From Acidimicrobiia bacterium (GTDB lineage: Bacteria; Actinomycetota; Acidimicrobiia; Spongiisociales; ZC4RG35), in assembly GCA_046484325.1 (NCBI GenBank), contig JAWOJB010000054.1:2287-66286 (forward strand): a stretch of DNA of 64,000 bases. Reading direction: 5' to 3'. Shown piece by piece: positions 8,607-18,439 of the stretch. A program made the position numbers and the translations under genes. Every line of letters starts with the position of its first letter. Position 1 is the stretch's first letter. The notes under the pieces are model-generated. The model had not been told where the DNA came from. It saw nothing but the letters and a program-made list of their open reading frames with translations, and made no database searches.

Positions 8607-8746
8607 GGCACTCCTCGCGGCGGATCGGCGTTGACGGAACGATACCGACCGGGAGCGATCACCGGACAGTGGTCGGACGTCACTTCCATCCGCCGAAGTG
8701 GGCTCGGGACATGGCATGCGGAGAGATGAGGCGGTACCCTTCTCCC

Positions 8747-9358
8747 ATGCCCCGCATCAAGGCCGAGAGCATCGAGGCCCATAAGGACCTGGTGCGCCGC
8801 GAGCTGCTGGATGCGGCCCACGCCTTCCTCTGTGAGACCCGATCCGCCGACGTGAACCTGGCAGAGGTGGCGGCTCGGGCCGGGATCGGCCGTACGACCT
8901 TCTACGAGTATTTCCGGGACCGTGACGATCTGGTGGCGTCGCTGGTCGAGGAGATCCTGCCGGGGGTGGTCGATCGCCTGATCGCCTCGGTCCCCCCCGA
9001 GGGACGGTACGCCGAGAGGCTGCGGGCCATGGCCGTCGCCACCGTCGAATACCTCGCCGCCGACGAGGTGCTGGGGCTCATCCTCCACAGGGAGCTCCCC
9101 CGGCTGGGCCAGTCGGCCCAGGATCGGATCGCCCTCGCCCACGCCGATCTCACCCAGGAGATGGCAGCTCTCTACCGGAAGGGCGTCGAGGCGGGCGAGT
9201 TCGTGTCGCTCCCGCCCGCCCTGGCCGGTCGCTTCATCCACGAGGTCACCATGGCCGGCGGCAAGGCCGTGATCGCCTCGGCCGGGTCGCACGAGGCCGT
9301 GCGCGACGTCGCCGGCGTCACCGCCGACTTCCTGGTCCGCGGGCTCCGGTCCGCCTAG
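8747..9358 (+). CDS. TetR family transcriptional regulator
   Basis: ORF 8669..9358, start MPRIKAES (ATG 8747). HTH region NLAEVAARAGIGRTTFYEYFRDRDDL. Divergent from the acyl-CoA dehydrogenase gene. Confidence 0.85.
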   Translation: MPRIKAESIEAHKDLVRRELLDAAHAFLCETRSADVNLAEVAARAGIGRTTFYEYFRDRDDLVASLVEEILPGVVDRLIASVPPEGRYAERLRAMAVATVEYLAADEVLGLILHRELPRLGQSAQDRIALAHADLTQEMAALYRKGVEAGEFVSLPPALAGRFIHEVTMAGGKAVIASAGSHEAVRDVAGVTADFLVRGLRSA

Positions 9359-9412
9359 CCCGAATCGGGCGTCTGTTATCCCCGTTCCCCCCCGGTAATC
9401 TGACGAGCCCAC

Positions 9413-11518
9413 ATGGAGCCGATGCAGGACACCGTCGAGTTCGATATCGGCGCGCCGCCGGATGGGGACCCCGTCCGCCCGCTGGTGCTCAACCGCGAGC
9501 TGTCCTGGCTCGACTTCAACAGCCGGGTGCTGGCCCTCGCCGAGGATCCCGATCTGCCGATGCTCGAGCGGGCCCGGTTCCTGGCGATCTGGGGGTCGAA
9601 CCTCGACGAGTTCTTCATGGTGAGGGTGGCCGGGCTCAAGGAGCAGGTGGCCCACGGGGTTCGCGGCATGACCCCCGACGGGCGCACCGCGGTCGAGACG
9701 CTCGAGGGCATCCGCGACGAGGTGAGGTCGCAGGCAGATCGAGCCACCCGGGTGTTCCTCGACGATCTCGCCCCCGGCCTGGCCGCGGCGGGGGTGGCCT
9801 TCTCCGAGTACGCCAGCCTCGACGAGGGTGACCGGGCGTACATGGACCAGCAGTTCCGTGAGCTGGTCTTCCCGGTGCTCACCCCCCTCGCCGTCGACCC
9901 CGCCCACCCCTTCCCCTACATCTCCAACCTCTCCCTCAACCTGGCGGTCACCGTCCGCGACCCGGTGACCGAGGTCATCCGCTTCGCCCGGGTCAAGGTG
10001 CCGCCCAGCCTCCCCAGGTTCGTGGTGATGCCGGACGGTGAGCGGTTCGTGTCGGTCGAGCAGGTGATCGCCTTCCACATGGAGGAGCTCTTTCCCGGCA
10101 TGGAGATCCTCGGCCACGACGCCTTCCGGGTCACCCGCAACGCCGACCTCGAGATCGAGGAGGACCAGGCCGAGGATCTGCTCGCCGCCATCGAAACCGA
10201 GCTGTCACGGCGCAGATTCGGGCGGGCGGTGCGACTCGAGCTCTCCCCGGAGATGGCGCCGAGGGTCAGGGACCTGTTGGTGAGCGAGTTGGGCGTCACC
10301 GAGGACGACGTGTACGTGAACGAGGGGCCGCTCGGCATCGCCGGGCTCGCCGGATTGGCCGACCTCGACCGTTCCGACCTGCTGTGGGAGCCGTGGAGCT
10401 GGGTCACCCAGCCCCGGCTGGCACCGTCGATCGGCGAGCGGCCCGACATCTTCCGCGTGATCCGGGACGGCGACATCCTCGTCCACCACCCATACGACTC
10501 GTTCGCCACCTCGGTGGCCGAATTCATCGCCCAGGCGGCTCGCGATCCGCACGTGCTGGCGATCAAGCAGACGCTGTACCGCACGTCGAAGGACAGCGTG
10601 ATCATGTCGTCGCTGATGGAGGCGGCGAGCCTCGGCAAGCAGGTGGTGGCGCTGGTCGAGTTGAAGGCGCGGTTCGACGAGGAGCGCAACATCGAGTGGT
10701 CCCAGCGCCTGGAGGACGCCGGGGTGCACGTGGTGTACGGCGTGGTCGGGCTGAAGACCCACACGAAGATCGCCCTGGTCGTGCGACTCGAGGACGGCAT
10801 CATCGCGCGATACGCCCATGTGGGGACCGGCAACTACAACGACTCGACGGCCCGCATCTACGAGGACCTGGGCGTCTTCACGGCAGACCCGGACATCGGG
10901 GCCGATCTCAGCGATCTCTTCAACTACCTCACCGGGTACAGCCACCAGCGATCGTTCAGGAAGCTACTCGTGTCCCCGGCCGGAACCCGGCCTGCCCTCC
11001 TCCGGATGATCCGGGAGCAGGCGGCCCAATCCGGCGGCCGGATCTTCATGAAGATGAACTCGCTCGTCGACCGAGAGATGATCGAGACGCTGTACGAGGC
11101 GTCACAGGCGGGCGCCCAGGTCGACCTCTTCGTCCGCGGCATCTGCTGCCTGGTCCCGGGTGTCCCCGGGATGTCCGAGAACATCCGGGTCCGCTCAATC
11201 GTAGGCCGCTATCTCGAGCACTCCCGGGTCTACCGCTTCGGACCGCGCGGCGGCGAGCGGAGCTACTTCATCGGCTCGGCCGACCTCATGCCCCGCAACC
11301 TCGACCGTCGGGTCGAGGCGCTCGCCCCGGTGGAGGACCCGGCGCTCCAGTTCCGCATCGACGAGATCGCCGACGTGGTGCTCGCCGACGACGTGCGCAG
11401 CTGGGAGCTGGGGCCCGACGGCGAGTGGCGCAGGATCCCGACCGAGCGGGGGATCGAGGCCCACCTCACCCTGCGCGGTTTGGCCGAGGCCAGGGCTCAG
11501 GCCCGCACCGAGGCCTGA
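9413..11518 (+). CDS. ppk: Polyphosphate kinase 1
   Basis: 701-aa ORF. NRELSWLDFNSRVL N-terminus, KTHTKIALV phosphohistidine region, two PLD-like C-terminal domains. Confidence 0.95.
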   Translation: MEPMQDTVEFDIGAPPDGDPVRPLVLNRELSWLDFNSRVLALAEDPDLPMLERARFLAIWGSNLDEFFMVRVAGLKEQVAHGVRGMTPDGRTAVETLEGIRDEVRSQADRATRVFLDDLAPGLAAAGVAFSEYASLDEGDRAYMDQQFRELVFPVLTPLAVDPAHPFPYISNLSLNLAVTVRDPVTEVIRFARVKVPPSLPRFVVMPDGERFVSVEQVIAFHMEELFPGMEILGHDAFRVTRNADLEIEEDQAEDLLAAIETELSRRRFGRAVRLELSPEMAPRVRDLLVSELGVTEDDVYVNEGPLGIAGLAGLADLDRSDLLWEPWSWVTQPRLAPSIGERPDIFRVIRDGDILVHHPYDSFATSVAEFIAQAARDPHVLAIKQTLYRTSKDSVIMSSLMEAASLGKQVVALVELKARFDEERNIEWSQRLEDAGVHVVYGVVGLKTHTKIALVVRLEDGIIARYAHVGTGNYNDSTARIYEDLGVFTADPDIGADLSDLFNYLTGYSHQRSFRKLLVSPAGTRPALLRMIREQAAQSGGRIFMKMNSLVDREMIETLYEASQAGAQVDLFVRGICCLVPGVPGMSENIRVRSIVGRYLEHSRVYRFGPRGGERSYFIGSADLMPRNLDRRVEALAPVEDPALQFRIDEIADVVLADDVRSWELGPDGEWRRIPTERGIEAHLTLRGLAEARAQARTEA

Positions 11519-11532
11519 GGGCCTTCGGGCGC

Positions 11533-11616
11533 TTTGCGCATTGCGAGGTGCGCGATGCGCCGGCAATCAACGATCATCCGCCAGCGCACAGCGCACAGCG
11601 CACAGCGCACAGCGGG
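11533..11616. repeat. Two opposed heptamer arrays: (NNTGCGC)x4, a 21-nt spacer, then (CAGCGCA)x4-5
   Basis: tttgcgc attgcga ggtgcgc gatgcgc, then cggcaatcaacgatcatccgc, then cagcgca x4 and cagcggg. The arms are imperfectly complementary, about 21 of 28 positions. Starts 15 nt after the ppk stop. Confidence 0.85.
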
Positions 11617-11636
11617 CCATCAGGCTCCCTCTCAAC

Positions 11637-11720
11637 GTTCACCCTCCGTTCACTCGTCGAGGCCGAGCGAGTTCACCTTGCGGCCGTAGCTTCCTCATCG
11701 CGGGTAGGGATTCACCCTGC
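11637..11720 (+). promoter_or_regulatory. PHO box region: 11-nt direct repeat units GTTCACC upstream of pstS
   Basis: GTTCACCCTCC (11637) and GTTCACTCGTC (11648) are exactly 11 nt apart. Further units are GTTCACCTTGC (11671) and ATTCACCCTGC (11710). pstS ATG is at 11771. Confidence 0.75.
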
Positions 11721-11770
11721 CGCCGCGCCGCACCAGAAGGGGCGCGTCCCTCGAGTCGAGGAGAAATCAC

Positions 11771-12790
11771 ATGACACTCAGGAGCAGATGGGCGGCGCTC
11801 GCGGCCGTCTTCGCTCTCGTCCTCGCCGCCTGTGGCGGTGGTGACGCCGCCGACGACGGAGGCGACACCACGACGACTACGGCAAGCGGAGGCGGTGAGC
11901 AGACCACGACGACCGCGGCCAGCGCGGGCCTGAGCGGTGACGTCCGGATGGACGGCTCGAGCACGGTTGGCCCGCTGTCCGAGGTGGCAGCCGAGCTGTA
12001 CATGCAGAAGGAGCCCGACGTCCGGGTGACGGTCGCCATCTCCGGCACCGGGGGCGGCTTCCAGAAGTTCTGCATCGGCGAGACCGACGCCAACAACTCG
12101 TCGCGGCCGATCAAGGACTCCGAGATCGAGCAGTGCGCCGAGAGCGACATCCAGTACGACTTCATCCAGGTCGCCAACGACGCCCTCTCGGTCGTGATCA
12201 ACCTCGACAACCCCGTTGCATGTCTGACGGTGGAGCAGGTGAGCCAGATCTGGGACGACGGCTCGACGGTCAAGACGTGGGGTGACATCGACGGGTTGGA
12301 CATCCCGGCCGATTTCGCCTCCACCCCCCTGACACCCTACGGCCCGGGATCGGACTCCGGCACCTTTGACTTCTTCACCGAGGAGATCAACGGCGAGACC
12401 GGCCGAATCCGCATCGACTACATCGACATCGGCGAGGACGACCTGGCGGCGGTCAACGCCGTGCAGGGAGATGTCGGAGCGATGGGGTACATCCCGTTCT
12501 CCTACTTCCAGGAGTCGCTCGACAAGGTCAAGGCCGTGGCAATCGACGACGGCAATGGCTGCGTGGAGTCGACCCCCGAGAACGTGCTGAACGGGACCTA
12601 CACCCCGCTGGGCCGGGGCCTGTTCGTGTACTTCAGCGACCTGGCCCTGAGTCGGTTCGAGGTGCTCGACTTCGCCGATTTCTACCTCGACAACGCCCAG
12701 GAGATCGCGGAGCTGGCAGAATTCGTCCCGATGACGGACGAGCAGTTGACCGAGCAGCGCGTGAAGCTCGACGCCCTGGCCGGACGGTGA
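11771..12790 (+). CDS. pstS: Phosphate ABC transporter substrate-binding lipoprotein PstS
   Basis: Lipobox LVLAAC, Thr-rich linker, PstS-like GSSTVGP and TGGGF segments. First gene of the pstSCAB order. Confidence 0.9.
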   Translation: MTLRSRWAALAAVFALVLAACGGGDAADDGGDTTTTTASGGGEQTTTTAASAGLSGDVRMDGSSTVGPLSEVAAELYMQKEPDVRVTVAISGTGGGFQKFCIGETDANNSSRPIKDSEIEQCAESDIQYDFIQVANDALSVVINLDNPVACLTVEQVSQIWDDGSTVKTWGDIDGLDIPADFASTPLTPYGPGSDSGTFDFFTEEINGETGRIRIDYIDIGEDDLAAVNAVQGDVGAMGYIPFSYFQESLDKVKAVAIDDGNGCVESTPENVLNGTYTPLGRGLFVYFSDLALSRFEVLDFADFYLDNAQEIAELAEFVPMTDEQLTEQRVKLDALAGR

Positions 12791-12800
12791 TCGGTCGATC

Positions 12801-13757
12801 ATGGTGAGCAAGGCTGTCGCGGCCTCCGGCACCGGCGCCCTCGGGCGCCGGTCGCTGGAGGCCTCCAGCTCCCGCTACGGGGAGAAGGTGATCCGCCTCC
12901 TCCTCGCGCTGTCGGCGGTCGTGTCGGTGGCCGTGACCACCCTCATCGTCATCTCGTTGGTCCGACCCACCATCGACTTTTTCCGCTTCGTGTCGTTCCG
13001 GGAATTCTTCGGAGGCACGGTCTGGGCCCCCGCCTTCGCCAACCCTTCCTTCGGGGTGTGGCCGATCGTGGTGGGCACGGCTTGGATCGTGTTGATCGCA
13101 CTGAGCGTCTCCGTGCCCGTCGGCCTGCTCTCGGCGATCTACCTCTCGGAGTACGCCCCGGAGAACGTCCGTCGCAGCATCAAGCCCACGCTCGAGGTGC
13201 TCGAGGGGATCCCCACCGTGGCCACCGGCCTGTTCGGCTTCTGGCTGCTCCGGCCGCTGGCCGAGGAGCTCTTCCCGTTCCTTCCGTGGCGAGGTCCGTT
13301 CTCGACCATCGTGGCGGGCGTCGCCGTGGGCCTGATCATCGTCCCGTTGGTCGCCTCGGTGTCAGACGACGCCCTCCGAGCGGTTCCCATGGCCCTGCGG
13401 GAGGGCGCCTACGCGCTCGGGGCCAACAAGTTCGAAGTCTCGCTCCGGGTCGTGTTCCCGGGGGCGATCTCCGGCATCGTGGCGGCCGTCGTCCTCGGTG
13501 GTTCGCGGGCGGTGGGGGAGACCATGGTCGTCCTGCTCGTGGCGGGGGCCGGTAATCCACTGCTGAGCTTCAACCCGGTCCAGGGCCTCCAGACGATGAC
13601 GGCGTTCATCGCCGGCAAGGCGACCGGGGACATCCCGACCGGGACCATCGTCTACGACACCATCTTCGCCGTGGGCACGCTCCTCTTCGTGTCGACGCTC
13701 GCGCTGAACATGTTCGCCATCCGGTTCGTCCGGCGCTTCCGGGAGGAGTACGACTGA
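12801..13757 (+). CDS. pstC: Phosphate ABC transporter permease PstC
   Basis: Polytopic membrane ORF. Position and similarity to PstC (EYAP...R, EGAYALGA...). Confidence 0.9.
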   Translation: MVSKAVAASGTGALGRRSLEASSSRYGEKVIRLLLALSAVVSVAVTTLIVISLVRPTIDFFRFVSFREFFGGTVWAPAFANPSFGVWPIVVGTAWIVLIALSVSVPVGLLSAIYLSEYAPENVRRSIKPTLEVLEGIPTVATGLFGFWLLRPLAEELFPFLPWRGPFSTIVAGVAVGLIIVPLVASVSDDALRAVPMALREGAYALGANKFEVSLRVVFPGAISGIVAAVVLGGSRAVGETMVVLLVAGAGNPLLSFNPVQGLQTMTAFIAGKATGDIPTGTIVYDTIFAVGTLLFVSTLALNMFAIRFVRRFREEYD

Positions 13758-14695
13758 TGGCCGTCCGGGAACCGCGCACCGCCAGGGTCCGGATCGCCAC
13801 GTCGGGAGCCAGGGCGGCAACCGAGGCCGCCCTCACGCGGGCATCCCATGGGGATCGTCTCATGGGACGTGTGTTCCTCGTCCTGATGCTCGCCGGCCTC
13901 GGGTTTGCGCTGCTCGGACTCGGGTCGCTCATTGTCTTCATGTTCTCCGAGGGAGGTGGGCGTCTGTCGTGGACCCTGTTGACGGCCGGCCCGTCGACGA
14001 TCAGCCCGGAGACGGCCGGGTACCGCACGGCGATCCTCGGCACCCTCTACGTGATCACCGGGGTCATCCTGCTCATCGTCCCGCTGGGGGTGGGTGCCGC
14101 CGTCTACCTCGAGGAGTTCGCCGACAGGGAGCGGTGGTGGAACCGCCTCATCGAGCTCAACATCCAGAACCTCGCCGGGGTCCCGTCGATCGTCTTCGGC
14201 ATCCTCGGGCTGGCCTTCTTCGTCCGGGGTACCTTGAGCCTCGGATTCGTGGCGGCGGCCGGCTCGCTGACCGTGGCGCTGCTGGTGCTCCCCACGGTGA
14301 TCCTGGCCGCTCGTGAAGCCATCCGGGCGGTACCGTCGTCGATCTCCGACGGAGCAATGGCGCTGGGAGCGACGAGGTGGCAGACCGTGAGGCGGCAGGT
14401 CCTGCCGGCAGCCCTGCCGGGCATCCTCACCGGGGTGATCCTCGCCGTGGCCCGAGCGATCGGAGAGGCCGCCCCGCTGCTGCTCGTCGGAGCCGTCACC
14501 TTCGTCACCTTCAACCCAAGGCTCTTCGAAGGGGGGTACTCGACGCTCCCAGTCATGATCTACCAGTACGCCAACCGGCCTCAGGCCGCCTTCCGCGAGT
14601 TGGCTGCGGCAGGCGTGATCGTCATGCTGGTGCTCGTGCTGGCGATGAACGCCTTCGCGGTGTGGCTGCGAGATCACTTCGAGCGTCGCTGGTGA
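13757..14695 (+). CDS. pstA: Phosphate ABC transporter permease PstA
   Basis: ATGA overlap with pstC. Polytopic. [13 protein letters not shown] permease signature. Confidence 0.9.
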   Translation: MAVREPRTARVRIATSGARAATEAALTRASHGDRLMGRVFLVLMLAGLGFALLGLGSLIVFMFSEGGGRLSWTLLTAGPSTISPETAGYRTAILGTLYVITGVILLIVPLGVGAAVYLEEFADRERWWNRLIELNIQNLAGVPSIVFGILGLAFFVRGTLSLGFVAAAGSLTVALLVLPTVILAAREAIRAVPSSISDGAMALGATRWQTVRRQVLPAALPGILTGVILAVARAIGEAAPLLLVGAVTFVTFNPRLFEGGYSTLPVMIYQYANRPQAAFRELAAAGVIVMLVLVLAMNAFAVWLRDHFERRW

Positions 14696-14730
14696 GCGGC
14701 CGTACGACGACCGAGATGGGAGTGCCTGAC

Positions 14731-15630
14731 ATGAACGACGCGACCGACGTGGGCACGAGCAGCGAGACCGACATGGACGCGCTGGCATCGTCGCGCGACA
14801 TCCGGCTGAGCGCCCAGGCTCGGTTGCGGTCGGGGATCGGGGCCAGCGACGAGCACGAGGTCGTGTTCGATGCCTCCTCGGTCTCGGCGTGGTACGGCGA
14901 CTTTCTCGCCCTCGACGGTGTGGAGATGGAGATCCACGCCCAGGAGATCACCGCGCTGATCGGGCCATCCGGGTGCGGGAAGTCAACGTTTCTCAGGTGC
15001 TTCAACCGGATGAACGATCTCATCCCCGGAGCCAGGATCGACGGAGAGATCGAGTATCACGGCGTCGACCTGTACGGTCCCAAGGTGGATCCGGTCGAGG
15101 TGCGCCGAAGGATCGGCATGGTGTTCCAGAAGCCCAATCCCTTCCCGAAGTCGATCTACGACAACATCGCCTTCGGCCCCCGGGTCCAGGGATTCAAGGG
15201 CGACCTCGACCAACTCGTGGAGGAGTCCCTCCATCGCGCTGCGCTGTGGGACGAGGTCAAGGACAAGCTCGAGGAGTCGGCATTCGCCCTCTCGGGTGGC
15301 CAGCAGCAGCGGTTGTGCATCGCCCGGGCGATCGCCACCAGTCCCGACGTGATCCTCATGGACGAGCCCTGCTCGGCGCTGGACCCGATCGCCACCCTCA
15401 AGATCGAAGAGTTGATGCTCGACCTCAAGGAGAACTACTCGATCGTGATCGTCACCCACAACATGCAGCAGGCCGCCCGGGTCAGCGATCGCACCGGGTT
15501 CTTCTCGGTCAACGTCAACGAGCGGGGCCAGCGAACCGGATACCTCGTCGAGTACGACTTCACCGACAAGCTGTTCACCTCCCCGTCCGAGAAGGAGACG
15601 GAGGACTACATCACGGGACGGTTCGGATGA
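14731..15630 (+). CDS. pstB: Phosphate ABC transporter ATP-binding protein PstB
   Basis: 3' part of ORF 14377..15630. Walker [10 protein letters not shown], signature LSGGQQQRL, Walker B ILMDEP. Start uncertain (ATG 14716 or 14731, or a later GTG). Confidence 0.9.
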   Translation: MNDATDVGTSSETDMDALASSRDIRLSAQARLRSGIGASDEHEVVFDASSVSAWYGDFLALDGVEMEIHAQEITALIGPSGCGKSTFLRCFNRMNDLIPGARIDGEIEYHGVDLYGPKVDPVEVRRRIGMVFQKPNPFPKSIYDNIAFGPRVQGFKGDLDQLVEESLHRAALWDEVKDKLEESAFALSGGQQQRLCIARAIATSPDVILMDEPCSALDPIATLKIEELMLDLKENYSIVIVTHNMQQAARVSDRTGFFSVNVNERGQRTGYLVEYDFTDKLFTSPSEKETEDYITGRFG

Positions 15631-16325
15631 CCGACCAGGGCGACACGAGACAGCACTTCCACGCATCGTTGGCGGAGCTCGAGGAGAGCCTGCTGGATGT
15701 GGCCGAGCGGGCGGAGCGGGCCGTCGAGAAGGCGGTGCGGGCGCTGGTGGCAGGCGACGTCGAACTGGCTGCTCAGGTCGTGGCCGAGGATCACGAGATC
15801 GACGGGATCTACCGCCATGCGCACGACGAGTGGATCCGGCTGGTGGCGTTGCAGGCTCCGATGGGAAGCGACCTGCGCCTCCTCGCGGCCCTCTTGCATC
15901 TCGGGGTGACCTTCGAGCGGATGGGCGACCAGGCGGTGAACGTCGCCCGGATCGTCGAGATCACCCAGGGCCTCCCCCGGGCCGCCCGGATGCTCGAACG
16001 GATCCAGGAGATGGGCGACCTGGTCCGCCCGATGATCCACACCGCCATCCACTCCTTCGCCCGGCGCGACGTCGATGAGGCCCGGCTGCTCCCGGCGATG
16101 GACGAGCCGGTCGACCGGCTGAACCGCACGATGTATCGCGAAGTGCTGGAGTGTGGAAACGATCCCGAGCTCCTCGAGTGGGCCACCCAGATGATGCTCG
16201 TGGCGAGGGCTCTCGAGCGGGTGGGCGACCAGGCGGTCGACGTTGGCGAGCAGCTGGCCTTCCTCGTCACGGGCGAGTACACGGAGTGGTCTCAGCTACC
16301 GGCGGGCGACGGTGGCGACCGCTGA
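15627..16325 (+). CDS. phoU: Phosphate signalling regulator PhoU
   Basis: ATGA overlap with pstB. Two PhoU repeats (...[14 protein letters not shown] and ...[14 protein letters not shown]). Confidence 0.9.
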   Translation: MTDQGDTRQHFHASLAELEESLLDVAERAERAVEKAVRALVAGDVELAAQVVAEDHEIDGIYRHAHDEWIRLVALQAPMGSDLRLLAALLHLGVTFERMGDQAVNVARIVEITQGLPRAARMLERIQEMGDLVRPMIHTAIHSFARRDVDEARLLPAMDEPVDRLNRTMYREVLECGNDPELLEWATQMMLVARALERVGDQAVDVGEQLAFLVTGEYTEWSQLPAGDGGDR

Positions 16326-16338
16326 CGGGGGGGCCCGA

Positions 16339-17025
16339 GTGCTCGTCGTCGAGGACGAGCCGGCCCTCGTCGACTCCATCCGCTACGCCCTAGAGTCCGA
16401 CGGGTTCAACGTCTCGGTGGCGTTCAACGCCCGCGACGGGCTCGAGCAGGTGCGGTTCGGAAACCCGTCGATCGTGCTGCTCGACGTGATGCTCCCGGGC
16501 GCTTCGGGGCTCGACGTCTGCCGGCAGATCCGGACGCTGTCCGACGTTCCCATCATCATGCTCACCGCTCGGGACTCCGAGGCCGACAAGGTGGCCGGGC
16601 TCGAGCTGGGGGCCGACGACTACGTCACGAAGCCGTTCTCGATGCGCGAGCTGATCGCCCGCGTCCGGGCTCAGATCCGCCGCTCTCAACGGGCCGGGAC
16701 GTTCGCCGAGACCAACGAGGTGCTGCGTGGCGGCTCGATCGAGCTCGACCTGGACGCCCACGAGGCCCGGGTTGATGGCACACCGGTTGCGCTCCGGCCA
16801 AAGGAGTTCGACCTGCTGGAGTCGCTCATGCGGCGCAAGGGCCGGCTCGCCACCCGCGAGACCCTGATCGACGAGGTGTGGGGACCCTCGTATTTCGGCG
16901 ACACGAAGACCCTCGACGTCCACATCAAGCGGCTCCGCCAGAAGCTCGAGGCCGATCCGGCGCACCCGGCGGCCATCGTCACGGTCCGCGGACTCGGCTA
17001 TAAGTTCGTGGATGCCTCGGAGTGA
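16339..17025 (+). CDS. OmpR/PhoB-family response regulator (PhoP/RegX3-like)
   Basis: GTG 16339 (VLVVEDEPALV). Receiver domain with LLDVMLPG. Winged-helix C-terminus VRGLGYKF. Confidence 0.9.
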   Translation: MLVVEDEPALVDSIRYALESDGFNVSVAFNARDGLEQVRFGNPSIVLLDVMLPGASGLDVCRQIRTLSDVPIIMLTARDSEADKVAGLELGADDYVTKPFSMRELIARVRAQIRRSQRAGTFAETNEVLRGGSIELDLDAHEARVDGTPVALRPKEFDLLESLMRRKGRLATRETLIDEVWGPSYFGDTKTLDVHIKRLRQKLEADPAHPAAIVTVRGLGYKFVDASE

Positions 17026-18439
17026 GCGGCCTGGTCGCACCCGCCTGACCAGCCGGCTGCTGTCCGGGTACGCGGTTGCGTACACCGGCTTGATCCTGGC
17101 CCTCGGGTTCGTGGCCGAGGTCGCGATCCGCTCTTCGGGGTTGGATCGGGAGGAGGCAGCTGCAGTCCGGCTGAGCATCCTGGTCACGACCGCCGTCGCC
17201 GGTCTGGCGGGTGTGGGGGTGATGGTGCTCGTCGCACGGAGGGTGGCGCGGCCGGTCGAGGAGCTCACCGAGCTGGCCGGTGCCGTCGCCGAGGGTCGCC
17301 TGGATGTCGCGCCACGCCGGTCGAGTGTCACCGAGATCGACCGGCTCGGGCTGGCGATCGGCCACATCGCCACCGACCTCGGCCGCAGGATCGAAGAGAC
17401 CGAGGGGGAGCGACGCACGCTCGACGTGATCCTCTCGTCGCTGCCGCAAGGCGTCATGCTGGTCGACGGGCGCGACGTCGTGGAGTACGTCAACCCCGCC
17501 TGGCAGGAGTTGCTCGGTGTCCCCCCTCGGGATCTGCGTTCGCTGCTCCCGCGCGGGGTCGTGCGGCTCGTCCGAACGGTGCGGGCCGACCAGGCGCCCG
17601 CCGTCGAGCGCTTCGAGGTCGGCGCGCCCAGCCGGGTGCTGCGGGTGACGGCCACCCCGCTCCCCCGGGGCGGTCGCGTGCTGGTGTTGGTGGCCGACGT
17701 CACCGATCGGGAGCGGGTGGAGGCGATGCGGCGGGATTTCGTGGCCGATGCCTCGCACGAACTGAAGACGCCGGTGTCGGCCATCCTGGCGTCCGCCGAG
17801 ACGCTGGAGATGGCCCTGGACGGCGACCCCGCGGACGCCCGCCGCTTCGCCGGGCGCATCCGCGACTCGTCTCGTCAACTCGCCGGCATCGTCTCGGACC
17901 TCCTGGATCTCTCCCGACTGGAGGCCGGGACGCCCACGATGGAGGCGGTTCGCTTCGACTGGGTGGTCCGGGAGGAGGCCGGGCGATATCGGGAGCGGGC
18001 GGTGGCGGCGGGGATCGACTACGCGGTCGAGACGGTCCCGGTCATCGTGATCGGGTCGGCGCCGGACCTCGGCCTGGCCGTGCGGAACCTCTGCGACAAC
18101 GCGATCCGATACACCGATCCTGGGGGAGTCGTGCGCGTGCGCCTGGTGGCCGACGGCTCGTCGGGCGTGCTGACGGTGACCGACACCGGCGCCGGGATCC
18201 CCACCCGCGACCTCCCCCGCATCTTCGAGCGCTTCTACCGGGTGGACGTCGCCCGGTCGAGGGAGACGGGGGGGACCGGCCTCGGCCTCTCCCTGGTCCG
18301 GCACGTCGCCGAGCGCCACGGTGGCGGCGTCGGCGTGGAGAGCCGGCTCGGCGCCGGCTCGACATTCCGGCTCCACGTCCCGATCGCGGTCTCCGGGGGT
18401 GCCCCCCCGGCCACCGATGCCCAGGCTGCGGAGCTGTGA
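17012..18439 (+). CDS. Sensor histidine kinase (PhoR/SenX3-like; TM, HAMP, PAS, HisKA, HATPase)
   Basis: H-box FVADASHELKTPVSAI. N-box NLCDNAIRYT. G-boxes DTGAGIP and GGTGLGLS. Confidence 0.9.
   Translation: MPRSERPGRTRLTSRLLSGYAVAYTGLILALGFVAEVAIRSSGLDREEAAAVRLSILVTTAVAGLAGVGVMVLVARRVARPVEELTELAGAVAEGRLDVAPRRSSVTEIDRLGLAIGHIATDLGRRIEETEGERRTLDVILSSLPQGVMLVDGRDVVEYVNPAWQELLGVPPRDLRSLLPRGVVRLVRTVRADQAPAVERFEVGAPSRVLRVTATPLPRGGRVLVLVADVTDRERVEAMRRDFVADASHELKTPVSAILASAETLEMALDGDPADARRFAGRIRDSSRQLAGIVSDLLDLSRLEAGTPTMEAVRFDWVVREEAGRYRERAVAAGIDYAVETVPVIVIGSAPDLGLAVRNLCDNAIRYTDPGGVVRVRLVADGSSGVLTVTDTGAGIPTRDLPRIFERFYRVDVARSRETGGTGLGLSLVRHVAERHGGGVGVESRLGAGSTFRLHVPIAVSGGAPPATDAQAAEL

Noticed and set aside
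8645-8676. CCGACC-N20-GGTCGG as the TetR operator in the acyl-CoA dehydrogenase/TetR divergent region
   Set aside because: It is only a 6-bp repeat with a long spacer in GC-rich DNA, which is easily a chance match. No stronger palindrome was found.
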